DNA of 64,000 nucleotides from an uncultured Thermococci archaeon (GTDB lineage: Archaea; Methanobacteriota_B; Thermococci; Methanofastidiosales; B48-G16): assembly GCA_964595645.1 (NCBI GenBank), contig CAZQQT010000011.1:28400-92399 (forward strand). Reading direction: 5' to 3'. This document shows, one piece after another, positions 21,575 through 31,027 of the stretch (position 1 is its first letter; each line of letters begins with the position of its first letter). A program made the position numbers and the translations under genes. The notes below the pieces were generated by a model that made no database searches, had not been told where the DNA came from, and saw only the letters and a program-made list of their open reading frames with translations.

Positions 21575-21859
21575 ATGGAAAGTTCTGAAGAATTGAAGGA
21601 GAAGATACGGCCGATCCTCAAAAAATGGGGGGTTGAAAAAGCAGCTATATTTGGCTCTTATGTGAGAGGAAAGGCGCAAAAGGGTAGTGATGTAGATATT
21701 TTAGTAGAAATTGATGAAGAATTAAGTTTAATAGACCTCATAGAGCTTAAAATTCAAATTGAAGATAGTATTGGAAAGAAGGTAGATCTCGTAGAATACT
21801 CTACCATAAAACCCGCACTAAAAGAAAGAATACTAGAGGAACAGGAAACAATAATATGA
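21575..21859 (+). CDS. MNT minimal nucleotidyltransferase (MntA-type antitoxin)
   Basis: FGSYVRG...SDVDILV and KVDLV motifs. Confidence 0.9.
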   Translation: MESSEELKEKIRPILKKWGVEKAAIFGSYVRGKAQKGSDVDILVEIDEELSLIDLIELKIQIEDSIGKKVDLVEYSTIKPALKERILEEQETII

Positions 21860-22209
21860 AAAAAAATTGCAGGGTCTATTTAGAAGATATTTTAGAATCT
21901 ACTGAAAGGATAGAAGAGTATATTGATAAGATAGATGAATCTGAATTTTATAGGAATCATCAGGCACAAGATGCTGTTGCACGACGACGGGAAATAATTG
22001 GAGAAGCGGTAAAGAGGATGCCCAACGAAGTAAGAAATGAGTATTCTACTGTCCCATGGCGAAAGATAGCAGGATTACGAGATGTACTGATTCACGGATG
22101 CTCTACTGTAAACTTTAAAAGAGTGTGGAAGGTACTTGTGACAGACATGCCTGAATTAAAAACGCAGATTGCAAAAATCATTGAAGACCTGGAGGCATCG
22201 AAAACATGA
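21856..22209 (+). CDS. HEPN/DUF86 RNase toxin (HepT-type), atypical
   Basis: EIIGEA, PW..I.G.RDVLIH (RX4H); ATGA overlap with the MNT gene. Confidence 0.85.
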   Translation: MKKNCRVYLEDILESTERIEEYIDKIDESEFYRNHQAQDAVARRREIIGEAVKRMPNEVRNEYSTVPWRKIAGLRDVLIHGCSTVNFKRVWKVLVTDMPELKTQIAKIIEDLEASKT

Positions 22210-22808
22210 GCCTATCAATGCGACCGGATGCCATTCTCTTCGATATGGATGGCGTACTAATTGACTCCTTTGAATCATGGCGACACGCGCTCAACGCAGC
22301 ATTACAAGCTTTTGATCAAGAAGAAATCAGCGAAGGCAAGTTTAAAAGCACATATTGGGGTCACGATCTACGCACAGTCCTCGAAAATATGGGACTTGAT
22401 GTGAGAATCGCCACATTCTGTAATACTATCTATACCGAGCATGTAGATGAAATTCACCTATTCTCCAAGACGAAAGATACGCTACGCAGACTGGACTCGT
22501 ACAAAAAAGCGATTATCACCAATACACCGAAGCATTGTACGCGGCATATACTGAAAAAGTTTGGAATTGGAAAATATTTTGACACGATTGTCACGAGCGC
22601 TGAAGTAGAACAGGGGAAACCCCATCCCGATATGATCTTTAGAGCATGTGAGTTATTGCACGTCGATCCTTCCGACACAGTGTTAGTAGGAGATACGGAA
22701 AGCGACGTGAAGGCGGGGAGAGCTGCAGGATGTATGGTAGTAGGAATTAATACCGAGGCTGACTATACAATCTCTTCTATAGTAGGAATACTGGAACTGG
22801 TGGAGTGA
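22206..22808 (+). CDS. HAD-IA family hydrolase
   Basis: FDMDGVL, KPHP and GD...D..AG motifs. Confidence 0.9.
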   Translation: MSLSMRPDAILFDMDGVLIDSFESWRHALNAALQAFDQEEISEGKFKSTYWGHDLRTVLENMGLDVRIATFCNTIYTEHVDEIHLFSKTKDTLRRLDSYKKAIITNTPKHCTRHILKKFGIGKYFDTIVTSAEVEQGKPHPDMIFRACELLHVDPSDTVLVGDTESDVKAGRAAGCMVVGINTEADYTISSIVGILELVE

Positions 22809-22982
22809 TTCATCTAAATTGTAATATTTGTACTCTCTTTTTAAATTTTATAAATTATTTTCAGTTCTTGCATCGGAGTTTTTATATGAATATATAAAAT
22901 TTTTAGCCTACCGAAAAGCTTTTAAATACTAACATATTACAACATAAACAGGATATTTGTCTGAAAAAGGGGGTGAAAAAAC

Positions 22983-23447
22983 ATGGATAGAAAGAAAAAA
23001 GTGGTAGGGATTGCGGTGGTACTGTTGATGGCAGTGAGTTCTATGGTGTATGCGGGAAACAAAGAGGAAAAGGGATGTCCATGCGTGAAAGAAGTGAACA
23101 ATGGGTGTATTCCAGCTGAGCCTCAGATGAGTAGAGAACCAATCGAGCCTAGGGACTGTGGAACTCGGACATATTATGAATACAGGGATTGTAAATGGAG
23201 ACACGAGCCTTATGACACATGGGTGTGGCAACTATGTAGCACCCCACTTCCGCCAGCGATGCATTGCCATTTTCTCATTGACGGAGACCGTCTATATTGT
23301 AAGAAGTACAAGGTTTGGTATGACTCGTGCTTTGGAGAAGTTATAAGGGAAGAATACAAAGGGGAAGTTATAAAAGATTCGCGCAATGTACATGTGGTAA
23401 AGAGCTATACAGACCACCCATGTTGTAAAAAAGCAGTAGAAGGCTAA
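22983..23447 (+). CDS. Secreted cysteine-rich protein (signal peptide; 11 Cys)
   Basis: MDRKKK + hydrophobic core + VYA cleavage site; GGGGGTGA RBS. Confidence 0.7.
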   Translation: MDRKKKVVGIAVVLLMAVSSMVYAGNKEEKGCPCVKEVNNGCIPAEPQMSREPIEPRDCGTRTYYEYRDCKWRHEPYDTWVWQLCSTPLPPAMHCHFLIDGDRLYCKKYKVWYDSCFGEVIREEYKGEVIKDSRNVHVVKSYTDHPCCKKAVEG

Positions 23448-23459
23448 TGGATGCCGCTA

Positions 23460-23478
23460 CTTTTTCCTTTTTTATTTC
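23460..23478 (+). terminator. Oligo-T tract (possible archaeal terminator) between the secreted-protein gene and the ABC genes
   Basis: TTTTTCCTTTTTTATTT immediately after the stop codon. Confidence 0.35.
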
Positions 23479-23488
23479 CTGTGGTACT

Positions 23489-24145
23489 ATGATACACCTC
23501 GAGAACGTAACAAAAATATACAATCAAGGAAAAGAAAGTGAAGTAAAAGCATTATCCGAGATCACCTTGGAGATAGAAGAAGGACTGTTCCTCGCGGTAT
23601 CGGGTCCCTCCGGCTCGGGCAAAACAACGCTCTTAAATATTATAGGGTCGTTGGACAGACCCACGGAAGGAAAGGTGACCGTAGACGGGACGGATCTCTC
23701 CTCCCTCCAGGACAGAGCACTCTCCGAGTTCAGGAGGCATACCGTGGGGTTCATCTTCCAGCTGTACAACCTCATTCCCTCACTCACAGCCCTGGAGAAC
23801 GTGACGCTCCCATTAAAACCGTATACAGAGAACGTCGAGGGAAGGGCGAGGATGGTACTGGAGGAATTGGGACTCGAAGGACGATCTAACCATCTTCCCG
23901 CCGAGCTCTCCGGAGGGGAGAGACAGCGGGTGGCCATCGCGAGAGCATTGATCACCAAGCCGAAGATACTCCTCGCAGACGAACCCACGGGGAACATCGA
24001 CACGGAGACGGGGAACAAAATAGTGGATCTCCTGAAGAACTTGAACGAGGAGAGAGGAATGACCGTGGTACTCGCCTCCCACGATAGGAGAGTCGTACAA
24101 AAAGCAGAAAGAATCGTAGAGCTGAGAGATGGTGCGATCCGATGA
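23489..24145 (+). CDS. ABC transporter ATP-binding protein (LolD/MacB type)
   Basis: GPSGSGKT, LSGGERQRVAIARAL and DEPTGN motifs. Confidence 0.95.
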   Translation: MIHLENVTKIYNQGKESEVKALSEITLEIEEGLFLAVSGPSGSGKTTLLNIIGSLDRPTEGKVTVDGTDLSSLQDRALSEFRRHTVGFIFQLYNLIPSLTALENVTLPLKPYTENVEGRARMVLEELGLEGRSNHLPAELSGGERQRVAIARALITKPKILLADEPTGNIDTETGNKIVDLLKNLNEERGMTVVLASHDRRVVQKAERIVELRDGAIR

Positions 24146-26643
24146 TCCTGCGCTCTTTACTCAGAAGAAAAAAGAGAGCTGCCCTCACGCTCATCGGCGT
24201 GGTACTTGCCTCTTCAGCCTTCTCCATCTTCGTGACCCTGTCGGAGAACATCTCCCTCCAGACCCAGGGGGAACTGGAGAGGAACTGGCGGTACTCCTAC
24301 GATATTCTCGTGAGGCCGAAGAACTCGCTCACTCCCACAGAGAAGGAGCACGGCCTTGTTCGGCCCAACTTCCTAAGCAGTATCTACGGCGGGATCACGG
24401 TGGACCAGTGGAGAACGGTACGGGAGATCGACGGTGTGGAGGTGGCTGCTCCCATTGCAGTGATGGGATACACCGATATTACAGTGCCTATAGGAATAGA
24501 GCTTCGGGAAGGACTATATAAAATAGAAAGATCTTGTGCCATAACAGATGGATATAAAAGGTACGATTATCCAGAGGGACTTCTTAGACGGACAAACGAA
24601 CAAGAAATTGATGGAAAAGTAGTAGGATGGGTGTATATAGCCGATGATAAGTTCATTAAAAAGTTTAAGGATCGTGAAGGAAGACACCCCGACAAAAAGT
24701 TCTATACCGTTTATAGAAAAGGCCCCCATGTAACGGGGGAGCTTTTTTCCGGATACGCAGTAGAATATGTTATAGATTTTCTATCAGCGGCAATTGATCC
24801 AGAGGAGGAAAGTAAACTTCACAGCATCGAGGAGTCAATCGTAAAAGGGAATTTTCTAGAGAGGGCTAAGAGAGAAAAAAGGATGGGTACCAGTGGCATC
24901 CCCTTTATTGTCAATATAACTCCCTACACCGACCAAAATCTTGCTTGGAAGGCTTACAGAGTTGATCTCCCCTCAGATGCGAGTGCACTAGCTCTAACGA
25001 AAGAAAAAGCTGAGTCCTTGCCCAGAAAATTTTTTATGAAGAAAACACTGACGAAGAAAGATGTGGCTACACGGTTTATTAATAAGCCCCTGAGAGAGAT
25101 TTTCTACGTTCCGAATTGTTTTACCCATCTTCAACCTGTTGAGTATGAGTATCTATCCGATCCTACCTTTTCCCAGAAATACGATATTCTACTGAGGGCC
25201 TTACCCCTTATATCTCTGGAAGAGAACGAAATTACCAATAGCGAACTTGGCCATGATAGACCCTTACCATTTAAACCCTTATTTGAGGGGGACTGGTTGG
25301 TGCCTACAAATACTTACCTTCCAAAGAATGTAGGCCTATTCGATATAACGAAGATCCCCGCACCAAAGGTAAAAGGAATCCCCACCCCTCTCTACACTCC
25401 CCCCACGGTGACACTGAAGTACGACGAAAACAAGAACCCCATCGATCCCGTGAAGCTTAACCCCACCGATCCGCAGGGCTACATCACCGAGCCCCCCTTC
25501 ATGCTCACCACCATCGAAGGGGCGAGAAAGATCGTGGGCGACGACTGTATCAGTGCCATTCGAGTGAGGGTCTCGGGTATCGAGGAGATCAACGAGGAAT
25601 CATTTAAGAAAATTAAAAAGATCGCCAGAGAGATCGCACAAAGCACGGATCTCCACGTGGACATCATGGTGGGATCCTCGCCGAAAGAAGTGCTGGTCCA
25701 CCTGCCAGGTCTCGGCTACGCCGAGGAGCAGTGGGTGGAGAAGGGGGTCACCGTGGAGATCTTCAAGTACACAAAAACATCCACCCTCCTCATCTTCTCC
25801 GTCTGCCTCGTGGTATCGTCGCTCTTCATTCTTAGTACAATGCTGATCTCGACGCAGTACAGGAGGAAGGAGATAGGTCTCCTGAAAAGTATCGGCTGGT
25901 ACAACGCGACCGTCTTCAGCACGATACTCGGAGAGTCCCTCCTTCTCGGGGTGGTGGGCGGGGGCATCGGCATCGGTCTCACCGTCGTGTTACGCGTGCT
26001 CGATCTCCTCATCCCACTATCGAGGGTACTCCTCATCCTCCCCATCGCCGTGCTGCTCTCGGTACTGGGAGGGCTGTACCCCGCGTACAACGCGGCACGG
26101 ATGGATTCGGTAAAAACGCTGCGAGAAAAGGACGATACAAAAAAGAGGAAAGTCCCGGTGCTCATCTGCATCGCGGTGTCCACCGCCCTCCTCTCCGTGC
26201 TACTCTTAACGACCATGAACCTCGAGAACGTCCTGGAAGGGACGATCCTCGGAGAGAGGATCTCGGTGACCGTAGGGAAATACCACTACCTCTCCGTGGG
26301 TGTCTGTCTCGTGCTCTCCTCGCTTGCGGTAGGAGATGTGATCTCGAGAACCGTGTATGAACGAAAAAGGGAGATAGGTCTCCTGAAGAGCATCGGCTGG
26401 TACACCGGGGACATCGCAACACAGTTTCTCGCCGAGGCAGTGGTACTCGGTGGTGCCGGAGGTGTGATAGGTGTCCTCGCCGGCTGTACCGTGTACAGCG
26501 TGGTGTCTCAAGCATCCCTCCGAAGTCTCCTCATCACCGTTGCCATCGGTATCTCTGTCTCGCTCGTGGTCAGTGTTCTCTCCTCCCTCTACCCTGTGAG
26601 GAGGATCGCTGGAATACTACCCGCTGAGGCAATGAGGAGGTGA
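24142..26643 (+). CDS. FtsX/MacB-type ABC permease with large extracellular domain
   Basis: N-terminal TM, large soluble loop, two R..EIGLLKSIGW FtsX repeats and YP...A motifs. Confidence 0.9.
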   Translation: MILRSLLRRKKRAALTLIGVVLASSAFSIFVTLSENISLQTQGELERNWRYSYDILVRPKNSLTPTEKEHGLVRPNFLSSIYGGITVDQWRTVREIDGVEVAAPIAVMGYTDITVPIGIELREGLYKIERSCAITDGYKRYDYPEGLLRRTNEQEIDGKVVGWVYIADDKFIKKFKDREGRHPDKKFYTVYRKGPHVTGELFSGYAVEYVIDFLSAAIDPEEESKLHSIEESIVKGNFLERAKREKRMGTSGIPFIVNITPYTDQNLAWKAYRVDLPSDASALALTKEKAESLPRKFFMKKTLTKKDVATRFINKPLREIFYVPNCFTHLQPVEYEYLSDPTFSQKYDILLRALPLISLEENEITNSELGHDRPLPFKPLFEGDWLVPTNTYLPKNVGLFDITKIPAPKVKGIPTPLYTPPTVTLKYDENKNPIDPVKLNPTDPQGYITEPPFMLTTIEGARKIVGDDCISAIRVRVSGIEEINEESFKKIKKIAREIAQSTDLHVDIMVGSSPKEVLVHLPGLGYAEEQWVEKGVTVEIFKYTKTSTLLIFSVCLVVSSLFILSTMLISTQYRRKEIGLLKSIGWYNATVFSTILGESLLLGVVGGGIGIGLTVVLRVLDLLIPLSRVLLILPIAVLLSVLGGLYPAYNAARMDSVKTLREKDDTKKRKVPVLICIAVSTALLSVLLLTTMNLENVLEGTILGERISVTVGKYHYLSVGVCLVLSSLAVGDVISRTVYERKREIGLLKSIGWYTGDIATQFLAEAVVLGGAGGVIGVLAGCTVYSVVSQASLRSLLITVAIGISVSLVVSVLSSLYPVRRIAGILPAEAMRR

Positions 26644-26665
26644 AAAGTTGGGGGATTGAAGGAAT

Positions 26666-27607
26666 TCACTCTTCTATCTCCACAATCTTCTTTATCAACG
26701 CCGGATCGTCAGGAAGCAATCCTGTTTTGGGCAATCGCCCCACAAAGTTACGCCATCTCGGCTCTTTTTTGAATACATCGGCAAAGATTGGCTTTGCCTC
26801 GTCAAATTTTCCTGCAGATACAAGAGAAACTGCCTGCCAGAAGGGAAGCTCCACAATTTCAGGCGCCAGTGAAGCAGCTGTTCCGTACTCCTCATTCGCC
26901 TCTGCAATGTTTCCTTCAGCAGCAAGATCGTCTCCTCGACTTGCATGTTCGTATGCTCGATTCAGTTGAAGCAGCCGCCGAAGCTCAGTAAGCGGCTCTT
27001 TGTGATCTTCCACACGGAGATCGAATCGCCGATCTGCCCACGATTTTCCTGTAGCGTCTCCACGAACGACAAGAAGTGCTGCAGACTGTTTTCCACGGGC
27101 ATCTCCTCCTTCTCCCTGTGCGGCCTCAAGTGCGGTCATGATACGTTCGGCAAGATCGCCGTCACAAGTTTCAAATACCGCCTTCATCGCAGGCCAGACG
27201 GTATCCTTCGCCATCATGTTCGCCTGGACGGAGAAGTTCTCTCCCTCTGCATGACCTGCTTCAGCAACACATCGGGATCCCGTGTGTACTGCTGTACTTC
27301 CCTCTGCATCTATCATTGCTACCTGTCGGGTTTCTTTTTGGGAATCAGCTGCCAAAAGTGCATCCAACGTTTCCTGTGCAGATTTTCCAGTACGCATAAG
27401 TGTGAGCCCCAACGGACCGTAGGAAGGCTCTACGAAGGACTGTGTAGCCACCGCACCAATTTCTACCTCTGCCCACGGTACCGCAGACCCCACTGAAAAC
27501 CAGTGCGACTGCACGCCTACACCGTACTCTCCTGTCTTCGGATCGTACGCCACAATAGAGTACGTGGCAACTGGACGATGGAACCTATTCTTTCCATTCT
27601 CTCTCAT
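26666..27607 (-). CDS. DUF1028 (Ntn-hydrolase-like) protein with TPR-like C-terminus
   Basis: TYSIVA, GAVATQS, GGD.RGKQSAAL and DLRVEDH motifs. Confidence 0.85.
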   Translation of the reverse strand: MRENGKNRFHRPVATYSIVAYDPKTGEYGVGVQSHWFSVGSAVPWAEVEIGAVATQSFVEPSYGPLGLTLMRTGKSAQETLDALLAADSQKETRQVAMIDAEGSTAVHTGSRCVAEAGHAEGENFSVQANMMAKDTVWPAMKAVFETCDGDLAERIMTALEAAQGEGGDARGKQSAALLVVRGDATGKSWADRRFDLRVEDHKEPLTELRRLLQLNRAYEHASRGDDLAAEGNIAEANEEYGTAASLAPEIVELPFWQAVSLVSAGKFDEAKPIFADVFKKEPRWRNFVGRLPKTGLLPDDPALIKKIVEIEE

Positions 27608-27658
27608 ATATACACCCTCACTTCTTTTTATGGTCTTTGTACATAAATGTTTCTGTCG

Positions 27659-28339
27659 TTACCGTACTTCCGTGTCTACATACGGCTGTAGAATCTCCGC
27701 AAACTGCTGCAATACGTGAGGTGGATATGGAGCTATTTCCTCAAATTTTGGGTCCAGTGTGTTTTTCGGCACAAACTGCTGTAAATAGTACTTTCTTGCA
27801 TTGTTGATGAGCTTCCCAATATTCTCAGCGATTGTTGCGTTGTAAAACGGAGGAACAACAGTTGTTCTAAACTCATATGCGATATCGGAACTCTTCAAAA
27901 TGTCTATCGATTCTTCTATTACTGCAGTGTCCACCTCTACTCCTGCAGCTTCAGAGTATGCCTCCAGATCCGATTTTATATCCATGGAGACATAGTCCAA
28001 GAGTTCCTGGTCCAGCAGATTCCGAAGCATTGAGGGATTGCTCCCATTGGTGTCCAGCTTCACTAACAGCGAGATCTCCCTTATTCTCGTAATGAGATCG
28101 GGGAGATCGTTGTAGATAGTGGGCTCACCTCCTGTAATCACCACCCCGTCGATATACTTTTTTCTCGCCGCAAGTTGGTGAAGTATTTCTTCTTCATCCA
28201 GCGGAGGAAGCGTGTCCAGTACAAGATCTCTGTTATGGCAGTACGGACAGCGGAAATTACATCTAGATAAAAAAAGAACAGAAGAGATATTTTTTGGATA
28301 GTCTATTAGTGACGTTTTCTGAAAACCAGCGATCTTCAT
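27659..28339 (-). CDS. nrdG: Anaerobic ribonucleotide reductase activating enzyme (radical SAM)
   Basis: CNFRCPYCHN, TGGEP and DTNG motifs; overlaps nrdD. Confidence 0.92.
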   Translation of the reverse strand: MKIAGFQKTSLIDYPKNISSVLFLSRCNFRCPYCHNRDLVLDTLPPLDEEEILHQLAARKKYIDGVVITGGEPTIYNDLPDLITRIREISLLVKLDTNGSNPSMLRNLLDQELLDYVSMDIKSDLEAYSEAAGVEVDTAVIEESIDILKSSDIAYEFRTTVVPPFYNATIAENIGKLINNARKYYLQQFVPKNTLDPKFEEIAPYPPHVLQQFAEILQPYVDTEVR

Positions 28340-30447
28340 ATACGAGCCTTCACCTTATAACGAGCATTTTCTTTGCCGAGAGCCTTCCGCTCATGGAACT
28401 CCTGCCGTTCTCTGAACTCCTCCTTCTTCCCCTTGTTCCAGTTCTTCACAGGTCTGAGGTAACCAACTACGCGCGAATATACCTCTGTTTCGCTATTACA
28501 TTCGGGACATATAGGTGTTTCACCTGAAAGATACCCATGATCCTGGCATACACTGAATGTAGGCGAGATCGTGAAGTATGGGATTCCAAAGTTGTACGCA
28601 ATTCTCTGTACAAGTTTTTTGCAGCTCTCTTTCGACGATACGCGCTCACCTAAGAATCCATGGAATACAGTACCGCCGGTGTACTTTCTCTGGAGGTCCT
28701 CCTGCAGCTCCAGCGCTTCAAATATGTCATTGGTGTGCTCCACAGGAAGCTGTGTGGAGTTTGTATAGTAGGGCTCTCTTTTGCCAGCTGTGATAATATC
28801 AGGGAACATCTCTTTGTCTATTTTTGCGAGTCGGTAGCAGGTCCCTTCGGCGGGAGTGGCCTCTAAGTTGTAGAGGTTTCCTGTTTCCTCCTGGTACTCC
28901 TTCAGTTTTTCTCGCATGAAATCGAGGACGTTCAATGCGAACGCTCTGCCTTCTTCTGACACAATATCGACACCTAAAAAGTTCAGCAGTGCCTCATTCA
29001 TCCCGACCAAGCCGATTGTAGAGAAATGGTGATCGAGATCTCCTAGATAGCGTTTGGTATAAGGCAGTAATCTCTGGTTAATGTTTGCGGTCACCGCTTC
29101 TCTTTTTATCTCCAGGGACTTCTTGGCCAGATCCATCAGGCTGCCCAGTTTCCTGAAGAACTCATCTTCATCCTCTGCAAGATATCCAATTCTTGGTAAA
29201 TTGAGCGTGACGACACCCACACTGCCAGTGGACTCACCGGCACCGAACAATCCTCCTGTTTTATTTTTCAGGTCACGCAAATCCATCTGGAGTCTGCAGC
29301 ACATCGATCGTACATCTCCCGGTTTGAGATCACTATTAAGAAAGTTCTGGAAGTAGGGAAGTCCGTACTTTGCAGTCATCTCAAAGAGATGATCAGCATT
29401 TTCAGAGTCCCAATCGAAATCATGAGAAATATTATAGGTGGGAATGGGGAAGGTGAACACCCTATCTTTATAATCCCCCTCGTACATGACCTCCATAAAT
29501 GCCTTATTGATAAGATCCATCTCTTCCTGGAAATCATCGTAGGGTTCTTCCAGGAACGTATTGCCATGGATGGCTTGCTCACCCTTGAGATCCTCAGGGA
29601 CTGTCCAATCAAGGGTGAGGTTGGTAAACGGTGTCTGGCCGCCCCATCGGGACGCCACATTGAGACTGAATATGAACTGCTGAATCCGCTGTTTCACCTT
29701 TCTGTAGGTGAGATCGTCCTTTCTCACATAGGGAGCGAGATACGTATCGAATGAAGAGAATGCCATTGCTCCTGCCCATTCGTTCTGTAGTGTTCCTAGG
29801 AAGTTTATCATCTGTCCTAGTGCAGTGTCCATATGTTTCGCCGGTGCACTCTCTATTTTCCCTGGAACGCCGTTGAAACCTTCCATCAGCAGTTGCCGGA
29901 TGCTCCAACCGGCACAGTACCCTGTGATGCCCATAGAGAGATCGTGAATATGAAACGCGCCATCCTTGTGCGCCATGGCAATCTCGGGAGGATAGACATT
30001 GTGAAGTGTGTAGTTCGCTATCACGCTGCCTCCCACATGCATCAGCAGCCCCGAAAAGGAGTAGGCGATATTACTGTTCTCATTCACGCGCCAGTCGGAC
30101 TGCTTCAAATACCCTCCCATAGTCTCCTCGATATCCATTAGGAGTTTTTTTGTTTCTCTAATTTTCTTATGTTGTTCTCTATACAGAATATACGCTTTTG
30201 CTGTTCTGTAATGACCATTTTCTGTTAATACTTTTTCTACCGCATCCTGTACTTCCTCTACATGCGGTATTTTATCAGGAAATTTCTCCTCTAGAAGACG
30301 AACTACCTTTCCTGACAGTTTTTTGGAGAGTTCTCTATCATCTCCTCCAACTGCCTGTGCCGCACTAAAAATAGCATCGGTAATCCTCTCCCGATCAAAA
30401 TCCACTATTCGTCCATCTCGTTTTTCAACTTTTTCTATTTTTGACAT
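28336..30447 (-). CDS. nrdD: Class III anaerobic ribonucleoside-triphosphate reductase with ATP cone
   Basis: KRDG ATP cone; SMCCRL; EATPAE; C..HG...CP.C; YSRVVGY glycyl-radical loop. Confidence 0.96.
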   Translation of the reverse strand: MSKIEKVEKRDGRIVDFDRERITDAIFSAAQAVGGDDRELSKKLSGKVVRLLEEKFPDKIPHVEEVQDAVEKVLTENGHYRTAKAYILYREQHKKIRETKKLLMDIEETMGGYLKQSDWRVNENSNIAYSFSGLLMHVGGSVIANYTLHNVYPPEIAMAHKDGAFHIHDLSMGITGYCAGWSIRQLLMEGFNGVPGKIESAPAKHMDTALGQMINFLGTLQNEWAGAMAFSSFDTYLAPYVRKDDLTYRKVKQRIQQFIFSLNVASRWGGQTPFTNLTLDWTVPEDLKGEQAIHGNTFLEEPYDDFQEEMDLINKAFMEVMYEGDYKDRVFTFPIPTYNISHDFDWDSENADHLFEMTAKYGLPYFQNFLNSDLKPGDVRSMCCRLQMDLRDLKNKTGGLFGAGESTGSVGVVTLNLPRIGYLAEDEDEFFRKLGSLMDLAKKSLEIKREAVTANINQRLLPYTKRYLGDLDHHFSTIGLVGMNEALLNFLGVDIVSEEGRAFALNVLDFMREKLKEYQEETGNLYNLEATPAEGTCYRLAKIDKEMFPDIITAGKREPYYTNSTQLPVEHTNDIFEALELQEDLQRKYTGGTVFHGFLGERVSSKESCKKLVQRIAYNFGIPYFTISPTFSVCQDHGYLSGETPICPECNSETEVYSRVVGYLRPVKNWNKGKKEEFRERQEFHERKALGKENARYKVKARI

Positions 30448-30448
30448 A

Positions 30449-30898
30449 TTACTCCACCTTTAATTTCTTTAATTCTTCCTCAAATGAGCGTAAATCCTGA
30501 AATTCCTTACACACAGACGCAAACCGTACATAGGCCACATCATCCAATTCTTTTAATTTCTTCATTACGATATTCCCAATGGTCTTACTTTCTATTTTGC
30601 TTTTTCCAAGCTCTTGAAGCTCGTTCTCTACCTCATCAACAAACTTTTCGATCTCTTCCTCTGAGACCGGACGTTTCTCGCATGCCTTCTTGATGCCGAG
30701 CGCAAGTTTGTCCCGGTGATACTGTTCCTCTCGCCCATCCTTTTTCACTACAGCAAATCTCCTTTCTATTCTCTCATACGTGGTAAATCGTTTACTACAT
30801 TTTATGCATTCTCTCCTTCTTCTTACAAAGCTACCATTTTCGCTTTCTCTGGTATCTACCACTTTTGTTTCGCCGTAGGAGCAGTAAGGACACTTCAT
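30449..30898 (-). CDS. nrdR: Transcriptional repressor NrdR
   Basis: MKCPYC, RRRRECIKC..RFTTYE, ATP cone and AYVRFASV motifs. Confidence 0.96.
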   Translation of the reverse strand: MKCPYCSYGETKVVDTRESENGSFVRRRRECIKCSKRFTTYERIERRFAVVKKDGREEQYHRDKLALGIKKACEKRPVSEEEIEKFVDEVENELQELGKSKIESKTIGNIVMKKLKELDDVAYVRFASVCKEFQDLRSFEEELKKLKVE

Positions 30899-30902
30899 TC
30901 CA

Positions 30903-30950
30903 CCACAACATATAGTATTGCAATACAATTTAATACACTATATATAGTTT
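30903..30950. promoter_or_regulatory. Tandem NrdR boxes
   Basis: ccaCaAcATATaGtat (30903-30918) and acaCtAtATATaGttt (30935-30950), 32 bp apart; both match the acaCwAtATaTwGtg consensus. Confidence 0.85.
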
Positions 30951-31027
30951 TTTACTCCTTTAAAAACTTTTCTATATACCTTAAAAACGTACGAATCGAA
31001 TGCTTCAAAAGAAACATATAATGAGAT

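Noticed and set aside
22880-22899. Inverted repeat TTTTATAT-GAAT-ATATAAAA upstream of the secreted Cys-rich gene
   Set aside because: Pure A/T arms in an AT-rich intergenic region are likely by chance.
25860-26410. Near-identical gagataggtctcctgaa.ag.atcggctggtaca repeat at about 25870 and 26370
   Set aside because: Explained by the two FtsX domains of the permease.
7125-30447. Inteins in rfcS or nrdD
   Set aside because: Both proteins are of normal length with contiguous motifs.
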